Of a stretch of 64,000 bases of DNA, positions 41,187-49,165 are shown piece by piece (the first letter of the stretch is position 1; every line of letters begins with the position of its first letter). Source of the stretch: Candidatus Latescibacterota bacterium (lineage in GTDB: Bacteria > Latescibacterota > CBDEFO01); the NCBI GenBank assembly GCA_965237525.1, contig CBDEFO010000006.1, positions 384,001-448,000 on the forward strand, read 5' to 3'. A model generated the notes under the pieces. That model was given only the letters and a program-made list of their open reading frames with translations. It was not told where the DNA came from and ran no database searches. Made by a program: the position numbers and the translations under genes.

Positions 41187-41840
41187 ATTTACCTCATTTT
41201 CAGGGCAGATACACTGATCTGTCCTGTACATCGTAAGATGGTTTGTTTCCGTTCTTGGTGGATTTAATATAACAGGAATTGGACATCAGCGCAAGAATTA
41301 AAAGGTAGATAGGGCATGCTCCTATCCCTGTCCACTTATAGTGTGCTGTTAACCTGAGTTCGCCTAACTAGCGCTTATACAGTTTTCTATGCTAAGAACC
41401 TATATACAGCTATTTGAGCTATATAAGACCCCACTGAAATATTAAGAAAACACCTGTAATATCAAAATTAATATTCTGTTAAGTCATAATTGTCATAACT
41501 TTTGTTGGAATTATATACAGACTGTATAAACTTGCCAAAGAAGATAAGAAAGAAAATAGTGGATGTCAATGAAAAGTTCTCAGTCCAAAACCATTGCAAA
41601 CTTCTCACTTTAAAGTGAGCACTCTTGTAAATGACCAAAGATAAAGCCCGCCATTGATTTCTGACGGGCTTTGTATTCAATACTCTATGAAATTTTGGGA
41701 AAAGGGATAAGCAGCTTATTTCATCAATAACAGCTTCCTTTGTAACATCGGTTAACACACTTTGATGGACGCAGAATTGCTCAGGCAGACTTGCTCAGAT
41801 AGAAAGAGAAAAAGGACTATAGATATAATACTACGATTTA

Positions 41841-43361
41841 GAAGCCTTGTGAAAAACCCTTAGATTCAGAAAATAGTATAAAACAAGCATTGATAAAGCA
41901 GCTCCGATGTATTATATTATGTTATTGATAATATTATACATGGAGGAAACAATGACCCCACAAAAGCAGGAACAGACAAATCCGATGTTTCGCTATTTTC
42001 AGATGGAGGATTTAGTTCCCGAGGATCATATCCTTCGTCAGATTGATGAGGCAGTTGATTTTTCATTTGTACGAGACGTTGTATCAGATTGTTATTGCCC
42101 TGACAATGGCAGACCCGGTATTGATCCTGAATTAGTTGTTCGAATGATCCTTATTGGCTATCTGTATAATTTGAGTGAGAATCGGCTCTGTCAGGAAGTG
42201 GGGATGCATGCGGCATATCGGTTGTTTTGTCATCAGACATTTGATGATGCGGTTCCGGATAGGAGCACGATCAACAAGCTTCGCAATCACAAGTGGGCAT
42301 CCAGTGGGTTGTTTGAACGGATAATGCGTCAGGTAGTCCAGTGTTGCATAGATGTCGGTCTTGTGAGCGGTAAACACCTTAGTGTCGACGGCACTCAGAT
42401 ACAAGCTGATGCTTCAGTGAAAAGTATTGAGCCGATAGAACCCCCTGTTTCTCTTGATGATTATCTCAAGGGAATCGGTTTTGAAGGTGATAAGACAAAG
42501 GGTAGGTCCGGGCATCCTCAGGATAAAGACTTTCATGGTGAAAAGTGGACGAACCAAACACACCGTTCGACTACAGACCCCGACGCGCGCTTATACAGCA
42601 AATCGAAGGGCAAAGGGGCTTTTCTCTCGTTTATGGGCCATGATCTGATCGACACAAAAAGCAGAGTAATCCTTGAGACTCAGGGCACGCAGGCGACAGG
42701 GACAGCAGAGCCCGAAAGTGCCCTTAAGATGGTAGATGACCTTGAAACATACACCATGCCCAAAGACATTCAGACACTTAGTGCCGATACCGGTTACGGT
42801 TCTGGTAATTTTATCGCTGATGTACTTGACCGGGGAATCATACCCCATATTCCTCTGCGAGCCGATGAGAAGATTGAACCGATTCCTACATGGAAAAACA
42901 AGACAAATTCAGCACATATTCAGGCCGAACGGGATAGAAAAGTGCGAGAGGCGAAAGCCAGAAATCATGCACGGTCTATCTCATTAACAGCTGACTACAA
43001 ACTCTCCCGGAGACTCCGTAAACGCAGTGAACATATCTTTGCTGAAGCCAGGCAACAACACGGTATGGGACGAGCCCGTTATAGAGGACTAGCCTCACTG
43101 AATGAACAGTTGAATCTTGTTGCAACAGTACAGAATCTCAAGAGGCTTGTATCTTTCATAAGAAGGGGGAAAGCGTCTATGTGTGCCCTGTCTGTCAAAG
43201 ACAGTGCATCCTGTTCTTCAAACAGCTCCTGTTCCTTGCTGACCAGAACTCTGATAAGACTATTTTGCTTATTCCACAGCAAAACGATACGATATGCTAC
43301 TCTTTGACCCATAATCGGCGCTTCAGACGCTGCCTGGGACATAACTATTTCACAAGGCTTT
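41841..43361 (+). mobile_element. IS1182/IS5-like insertion sequence
   Basis: TIRs AAGCCTTGTGAAA / TTTCACAAGGCTT; TA on both flanks. Confidence 0.9.
41952..43307 (+). CDS. DDE transposase (IS1182-like)
   Basis: LVPEDHILR, GRPGIDP, VDGT, STTDPDA, ADTGYG, RSEHIFAE. Confidence 0.93.
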   Translation: MTPQKQEQTNPMFRYFQMEDLVPEDHILRQIDEAVDFSFVRDVVSDCYCPDNGRPGIDPELVVRMILIGYLYNLSENRLCQEVGMHAAYRLFCHQTFDDAVPDRSTINKLRNHKWASSGLFERIMRQVVQCCIDVGLVSGKHLSVDGTQIQADASVKSIEPIEPPVSLDDYLKGIGFEGDKTKGRSGHPQDKDFHGEKWTNQTHRSTTDPDARLYSKSKGKGAFLSFMGHDLIDTKSRVILETQGTQATGTAEPESALKMVDDLETYTMPKDIQTLSADTGYGSGNFIADVLDRGIIPHIPLRADEKIEPIPTWKNKTNSAHIQAERDRKVREAKARNHARSISLTADYKLSRRLRKRSEHIFAEARQQHGMGRARYRGLASLNEQLNLVATVQNLKRLVSFIRRGKASMCALSVKDSASCSSNSSCSLLTRTLIRLFCLFHSKTIRYATL

Positions 43362-43908
43362 TAAAGAACGCATGTTCTTCAGAACGCAGTACAAATTCAA
43401 CATAAAGATTGCTTGTGGCTTTGTGATTGCTGTCTTTAAAGAATCTTCGCAAGTAAGCAATTCGAACATAAGATGAATAAAATGCTGATTGTTTTTGTTC
43501 TATACTCCCGATATTGACAAGCCCCAAGAACATTTCCCCATTGAATATTTTAAGGAATGGTAGTGGTGAGAAAAAAAGCGATCTTGATGAATCGTCATTT
43601 GAATATGCTTTCACGTTAAGTGCAATGCCTGCATCTGATAATCTCTCTTGTGCTGAAGATACAGTGTCAGTGTTTACGTCTGACAAAGCTACGTCTACAT
43701 TTGACATCATAAACACCCGACCACTGTAATTAAACTTGAAATAAAGATCAAAAAATTCTGTATCAGGTTTCTTTCCAGCTATAGATTTTATGGCCGATGT
43801 AGCAGCATAACTTGGGTCACGTGAATCTTCCCCAGCCTTCGTGTGAGTTGGAAGAAAGAATAGCACGAGAAATAGCAGCCAGAAAAGAAGATGCTTGCTA
43901 GAAGTCAT
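43345..43908 (-). CDS. Exported hypothetical protein, 3' end hit by the IS
   Basis: GGGAGG RBS, signal peptide, stop codon lies inside the IS end. Confidence 0.6.
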   Translation of the reverse strand: MTSSKHLLFWLLFLVLFFLPTHTKAGEDSRDPSYAATSAIKSIAGKKPDTEFFDLYFKFNYSGRVFMMSNVDVALSDVNTDTVSSAQERLSDAGIALNVKAYSNDDSSRSLFFSPLPFLKIFNGEMFLGLVNIGSIEQKQSAFYSSYVRIAYLRRFFKDSNHKATSNLYVEFVLRSEEHAFFKSLVK

Positions 43909-44109
43909 GGTGAGTAGCCTCCCTCCCTAGGTAGTTGCTCCTTAGTTACAGATGATAGGAATTTGCTTTTCTGCAATTCATACATATAAAACTATGCGTT
44001 ACATTTCAAGTCCTACTTCTCTATACATGCAGCTCCTCAACCAGCTATTTTGTTCCGACAATTGCCATTTTAGGAAACATACATTATTTCAGCCTCCCGA
44101 CGAGCCTTT

Positions 44110-44313
44110 TTATCTGGTTCTATCTTTCGCCGACAGACGACCCCGACTATATACCCGCTTCCAAGTCCGTCTTGTATGTTTCTCCAGGTAGGTGTCGAGT
44201 TCCTCTACTCGGAAGCGGTTACTGTTCCCTATCCGGGTATGCAGAATCTCCCCAGAGCGGACCAGCTTATACAGCTGGTTTCGGGAGATCACCAAGCTAA
44301 CAACAACTATCAC
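44110..44313 (-). pseudogene. Excisionase-like HTH_17 remnant
   Basis: ISRNQLYKLVRSGEILHTRIGNSNRFRVEELDTYL. Confidence 0.65.
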
Positions 44314-44492
44314 TCTTGAAATCTACGCACATACTTTCGTAAGAAAGTTGCCGGTGTCCATATAGTGTCCATAGCCAGTCAACAGTGGTATAAAATCATC
44401 TAACCCCATAATAATACATAGAAGTAATAAAGTCAAGTGAAATAGGGTCTTATCACGTATCTTGCTATCTTACAATACGTTAAACAAACCCC

Positions 44493-45842
44493 TTAAATCC
44501 TACTTGATATGGGCGGGAATTTCTCCTTTACAAGCTGGAGGGCTCGGTCTTTTGTTGCTACGACTCCTTCCAACTGCAGGTCCTCTGCAAAGGTCAGGAT
44601 CTTTTTGAAAATAGGCCCTGGAGTATAGCCTGCTTCTATGAGGTCGTGACCATTTAGAAGGGGAAGAGGACTTATCTGATCCTGCTTTAAGGTCTCAAAC
44701 TTTTCTCTGCAAAATTTCCAGTTGCTCAAATCCCCGTGGCTGGCTTTGCAATCTACCCTGTGCAGTTCGAGATGATCGCCGAACTTGTCCATTCTTAAGA
44801 ATCTCTTTAAGGTGCTTTCTTTCATGTCTTTTACGTGCATAAACTTGAGATGATTTCTCACCAGTTGGGTTATATGCTCCGTCTGATCGTTCGAGAATTT
44901 GAGTCTTCTGCATATCTTCTCGGCCATCTCTGCTCCGACTCTGGCGTGGTTGTCGAACCTTATTCTGTCTGCGATGCGAAATGTAGGGGGCTTCCCCACG
45001 TCGTGCAGTAGGACTCCCATAGCAAGCTCAGGTGATGGGGATTCTAAATAGTCCAGCAACATTAGTGTGTGGGTCAAGACGTCACCTTCAGGGTGGAACT
45101 CTGGCGGCTGTTCTACGCCGTCCATCTTGCCCACTTCGGGGATTATGTGATCCATAAGACTCGTCTCTATCAGGAGCCTTACACCACGGGAGAGACTGTA
45201 ATCAGTAATTATCATTATAACTTCATCCCTAATCCTCTCGGGGCTGACCTGTTCAATTTTATCAGACATCTCTTCTATTGCGCTTAAGGTCTCCTCCTCT
45301 ATCTTATAGCCGTAGCGCGACGCAAATCTAACCGCCCTTATCATCCTTAACTTATCTTCTTCGAATCTCTTTCGGGGAGCGCCTATGGCCCTTATTATTC
45401 CATCTTCGATGTCCCTAATCCCGCCGACGTGATCTATTATCTCGTCCTTTGCAGGGTCGTAGAACATACCGTTTATAGTGAAGTCCCGCCTCAGGGCGTC
45501 CTGGCGTATTTCCCTCTGCTCCTGAAGAAATTCTACCTCTTCCGGATGCCTTCCGTCTTTGTAAACTCCTTCCTTCCTGAATCTTGTCACATCGTATTCC
45601 TGGCCGTCCATAACCACTATCACCGACCCGAACTTGCTCCCTATGGGGATGGTTCTGGGAAAAATGGAGGTTATCTGTTCAACGGGAGCGTCTGTGGAGA
45701 TGTCGTAATCGGTAGCCTCAACGCCACGGAGTCCACGCTGGATCATAACCATATCCCTGACACATCCCCCGGCAAAGAGGGCCGCAAAGCCCCTTTCCTT
45801 GAGTCCATTGACTATTTTAAGGGCATTTTGATAAGATTTCAT
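44493..45842 (-). CDS. cca: CCA tRNA nucleotidyltransferase / poly(A) polymerase family with HD domain
   Basis: GGCVRD, DYD, DGRHP, RRDFTIN, EDKLRMIRAVRF, HPEGDV, LHDVGK; TTGACA-17-TATATT upstream. Confidence 0.92.
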   Translation of the reverse strand: MKSYQNALKIVNGLKERGFAALFAGGCVRDMVMIQRGLRGVEATDYDISTDAPVEQITSIFPRTIPIGSKFGSVIVVMDGQEYDVTRFRKEGVYKDGRHPEEVEFLQEQREIRQDALRRDFTINGMFYDPAKDEIIDHVGGIRDIEDGIIRAIGAPRKRFEEDKLRMIRAVRFASRYGYKIEEETLSAIEEMSDKIEQVSPERIRDEVIMIITDYSLSRGVRLLIETSLMDHIIPEVGKMDGVEQPPEFHPEGDVLTHTLMLLDYLESPSPELAMGVLLHDVGKPPTFRIADRIRFDNHARVGAEMAEKICRRLKFSNDQTEHITQLVRNHLKFMHVKDMKESTLKRFLRMDKFGDHLELHRVDCKASHGDLSNWKFCREKFETLKQDQISPLPLLNGHDLIEAGYTPGPIFKKILTFAEDLQLEGVVATKDRALQLVKEKFPPISSRI

Positions 45843-45981
45843 GGCAACAATTGCAAGGATATTTTGAGCTTGATTACTTATATGGCGCTAGTTAAGAATA
45901 TAATTTCTCCAGCTTTATTTGTCAATTTTTCGGTGGCTGAATAAGTCTTCGGACGTTCTCAAAAGGTGGGCAAACATAATG

Positions 45982-46111
45982 TCAGGTCCACGATCTGCGC
46001 CCTGACCGCTCTGCGAAGATGCTCTTGGGCGTCCGCCACATCGCCCTGGAGAATAGGGTCCCGATCCTTAATTCAGAAGTTCGGAGACGGGGATCCAAGT
46101 GTGCGGCCTGA
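45982..46111 (+). ncRNA. Candidate structured RNA A (~130 nt), family unknown
   Basis: Five compatible stems by eye, GCGA tetraloop, G-U pairs favour +, terminator-like hairpin just downstream. Confidence 0.45.
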
Positions 46112-46122
46112 GCTAACAATAC

Positions 46123-46155
46123 AACAGGGGAACCGTTCTGGTTCCCCTGTTTCTT
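46123..46155. terminator. Probable bidirectional intrinsic terminator
   Basis: Perfect 12-bp stem AACAGGGGAACC-gttct-GGTTCCCCTGTT. Confidence 0.75.
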
Positions 46156-46462
46156 ATGTGACTGCTCCCACAGATCTACCCGCGGGCTTCTTCTTGCCGA
46201 AAATCTCTCCTACCACTTAGTGAATTGCCCCACTTCGTGCTCCCTTGTCTAACGAGGTGGCAGCAACGCAAGCAGTGCCCCCACATCCTACTTGGGGGGC
46301 CGATGGGCCCAAGGCAGTATGAGCACTGTGCGTAGAAAGTACAGCCGACTCTCACAGTATTAATAATATATCCATCAGTTACTTCCACTAAAGCAGAGAG
46401 CTTTCCACCAGCTTTTCTTATGCCCGCACCCAGCGGTCTCGGAGAGTTCTATCGTGTAAGAC
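46152..46462 (-). ncRNA. Candidate structured RNA B (~300 nt), family unknown
   Basis: Ends pair along a long interrupted helix with a purine-rich bubble, capped by three hairpins. Confidence 0.55.
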
Positions 46463-46574
46463 ATTAGACAGAATAAGCCAAGGTACCCTGTGTACTATCT
46501 GCTGTCTACTATTTAGGGGTGCTTGCCGTGCCAGGCTGCCATAAAGGCGAATATTCCTGGAACCGCTAACATCA

Positions 46575-47333
46575 CTATGACTTTTCTCCTCTTATTTCTT
46601 TCAGTTCGTCTCTAAGCTGCACGGCCCTTTCAAAATCCTCTCTTTCGAGGGCTTCCTTAAGTTCCTTTTCTAATTTTTGCTCTTTGGTCAGGGGTTTGTT
46701 GGCCTCAACTTCGTCGTACCAACTCGTCAGTGCTCTAAGTTCGATGCTCATTTCGATTAGGTCTTCTCTTTTGTATCCCTTGTAGAAGTCCTCTATTTGT
46801 CCTATTCCTTCTTGTATTTTGTCAAGTGCCTCTTGGTGGTCCTTTCTGTCCAGGCTTATAAGGGCATCGGCTCTGGTCATTTGCATAGTTACAAAAGGTC
46901 TCCACCGATCTACCTCTATTTTGTACTGCTCTTCCTGTGCGTATTCTTTTATTAGATCCATAATCTGTAGGTTGTGTTCTGCATCCCCTATAGCCTTTTG
47001 GTACTCCTCTAACTCCAGAAAACTTATGCGCCTTTGGTAGTACTGCATCAATTCCATCTGTAGCTTCACACAGTCGTCGTTGTCCAGTTTGAAATCTTCG
47101 CCTGTGTCCCTTTTTTCGTGTTCTTTTAACAACGATAGATAGTAGTCCAAAAGGGACTCTGAGCCGTAGGGTCTCGTGCCATCGGGTTTACCTTCCAGAT
47201 CCATCTGTATAACGCCTAACTCCACCCTCATCTGTATCTTCTCTTTTCCATCTAATCCTCTTATCTTCCTGACTAAAAGCCCTTTAGGATCAAATTCCCA
47301 GTCTTCTAGTATAACGTCTATATCTTTATGCAT
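46575..47333 (-). CDS. UvrB/UvrC (UVR) motif-containing protein
   Basis: KIQMRVELGVIQM..GKPDG; C-terminal ALEREDFERAVQLRDEL. Confidence 0.85.
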   Translation of the reverse strand: MHKDIDVILEDWEFDPKGLLVRKIRGLDGKEKIQMRVELGVIQMDLEGKPDGTRPYGSESLLDYYLSLLKEHEKRDTGEDFKLDNDDCVKLQMELMQYYQRRISFLELEEYQKAIGDAEHNLQIMDLIKEYAQEEQYKIEVDRWRPFVTMQMTRADALISLDRKDHQEALDKIQEGIGQIEDFYKGYKREDLIEMSIELRALTSWYDEVEANKPLTKEQKLEKELKEALEREDFERAVQLRDELKEIRGEKS

Positions 47334-47405
47334 GGTCTTCCTCTAAGCAGGTAGACACCGGCCAAGGGCTCCTCTCCCTGCTCTAGTACGCTATCTGCCC
47401 AAGAA

Positions 47406-47762
47406 TGGTGGAGGTGGCGGGAATCGAACCCGCGTCCGCAGATAATTCAAAAGGAACGTCTACACGCGTAGTCTATCTATTTAATCTTACAATTTGCACC
47501 TCCAACAGACAGGATATACAAATTGCCAGCTCTTTGAAATCTTACCCGATAGTCAGGAGCAGAAGATCGAGCCAGCCTGCCTTTTCGACGCTCCTTAGAA
47601 CCCCGCAGGCAAGTGTCCTAAGGAACGGGTCAGCTAATTAAGCTGCCAATGCATACGAATAATCGTCTGCAGTTGAATTTTGTCCCAATTGTTTTACGAG
47701 TCACTGGGATCTCGGCGCGCAGTTCCTCTCTCCTCTATCCCCGTCGAATCCAATTCACCCCC
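47406..47762 (-). ncRNA. ssrA: tmRNA, tag ADDYSYALAA
   Basis: 5' GGGGGTGAATTGGATTCGAC, 3' GGTTCGATTCCCGCCACCTCCACCA, G3-U70 acceptor pair, tag ORF 47670-47638. Confidence 0.97.
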
Positions 47763-47782
47763 GTCTTTAGGTAAAGAGTACA

Positions 47783-49084
47783 GGTTGAATATCAAATGAA
47801 ATCGGTGCACCTAATTTGATCTTTGTTTAGAGTATTAGTAGATTAAGTTGAGTTGATTGTCTTAACTTTAATCTACGGAGTCCTATGGACAAAGAGAGAT
47901 TGGCCGTATTAAGACAAGAAGTCAACGAGATGTATTTTAAGAAAGAAATGTCAAAGCGAGAAGTTATCAAACAAGCGAGAGTTTCCAATGATTTCGTTAC
48001 GGCTTGGACTAAATCTCTGGATCAGGATTTTGCCATGGATAATCGGGGTTGGCCAAAAGGAAAAAGGCGAAAATTGGCTAAAGTTGACGAACAGAGAATC
48101 AAAGAGATTTACCATAGCTTAGAGGACGATCCTTATCAGTTCTATTCAGGAGCCACTGTTATTGAACAAGAATGGAGGAATCGATATTCTAGCACCCCTC
48201 CTCCGTCGTTGCCGACTATCGGCAGAATGCTTTCAGATTTAGGACTTTCCCAGAGAAGGAAGAAAGGTAAAAACAAGGGTGCATCTCGTTATCTTTGTTA
48301 TCCAGAGTATACCATTTACTATCTTTCAGGAGGCAGAGTCCTAGAATCAGACTTTATTGGTAAAAAGTATCTTACCGGCAGAACTGAGCCGGTCAACTTC
48401 GTTGGATTTTCCTTTAAGAAAGAGCCTAAGTTAAGGTATTTTCGGCGGGTTGACGGTCAAACAGCAACTAACTTTATCGAGAAGTGTCAGTCTTTCTTTG
48501 ACAGGTTTGAAAAACCAGATTTCGTTAAGGTGGACAATTGCTCGGCGACTATTGGCAGTGTTTCAGGTAAAAGGAATGTCAGCAAAGCAATGCAGTTTCT
48601 CTTGAAAAATCAAGTGATTCCGATATTTGCCGTTCCCAGAAGGCCCTTTTCTCAAGCATCTATAGAAGGCAACAATTCTGTATTTTCAAGGAAGTTCTGG
48701 AACAGAATTCAGTTCAAAAGCTTACAAGAAGTTGATCAGAAGTTAGAATGGTTTAATCTTTCATCACAGAGATACACCGGCTACCGTCCACCTAAGCAAG
48801 AGAAGTCAAACGAGAAAGATTTCATTCCCAAGACCTATTTTATCAGACAAGTCAAACAGGACACAGAACAGACAGATAAAGCCTTTATCGATGTCCTAAA
48901 TGAGAAAGTATCTCTTCCCTCCTCTTACACCAACTACTTTGTCCTGGCTGAATGGAACCTAAAAGAAGAACAATTATACATCCATTTTGAAAAAGAACAG
49001 AAACCAAAGATTGTCGAAAACCTATCATTCAAGATCAATCAAAGATCGAAAGAGAAGTGCACCGATTTCATTTGATAAATAACC
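47783..49084 (+). mobile_element. 1302-bp IS, copy 1, family uncertain
   Basis: TIRs GGTT(GAA/ATT)TATCAAATGAAATCGGTGCAC; 6-bp duplication AGTACA. Confidence 0.95.
47885..49075 (+). CDS. Putative DDE (integrase-core-like) transposase
   Basis: Sole ORF within TIRs; ESDF, VDN, IEGNN acidic triad. Confidence 0.85.
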   Translation: MDKERLAVLRQEVNEMYFKKEMSKREVIKQARVSNDFVTAWTKSLDQDFAMDNRGWPKGKRRKLAKVDEQRIKEIYHSLEDDPYQFYSGATVIEQEWRNRYSSTPPPSLPTIGRMLSDLGLSQRRKKGKNKGASRYLCYPEYTIYYLSGGRVLESDFIGKKYLTGRTEPVNFVGFSFKKEPKLRYFRRVDGQTATNFIEKCQSFFDRFEKPDFVKVDNCSATIGSVSGKRNVSKAMQFLLKNQVIPIFAVPRRPFSQASIEGNNSVFSRKFWNRIQFKSLQEVDQKLEWFNLSSQRYTGYRPPKQEKSNEKDFIPKTYFIRQVKQDTEQTDKAFIDVLNEKVSLPSSYTNYFVLAEWNLKEEQLYIHFEKEQKPKIVENLSFKINQRSKEKCTDFI

Positions 49085-49129
49085 AGTACAGAGTAATAAG
49101 AGGGAACATCTCCCCATTTTCTGTCTACT

Positions 49130-49158
49130 AATATAAAGTTTTTCGGTGCGTTTGTCAA
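49130..49158 (-). promoter_or_regulatory. Probable native ssrA promoter, now 1.3 kb displaced
   Basis: TTGACA-17-TATATT. Confidence 0.65.
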
Positions 49159-49165
49159 GTGCCCC

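Noticed and set aside
46225..46265. SRP RNA S-domain (AAGGGAGCA on minus)
   Set aside because: Lacks the CAGG-stem-GRAA tetraloop arrangement
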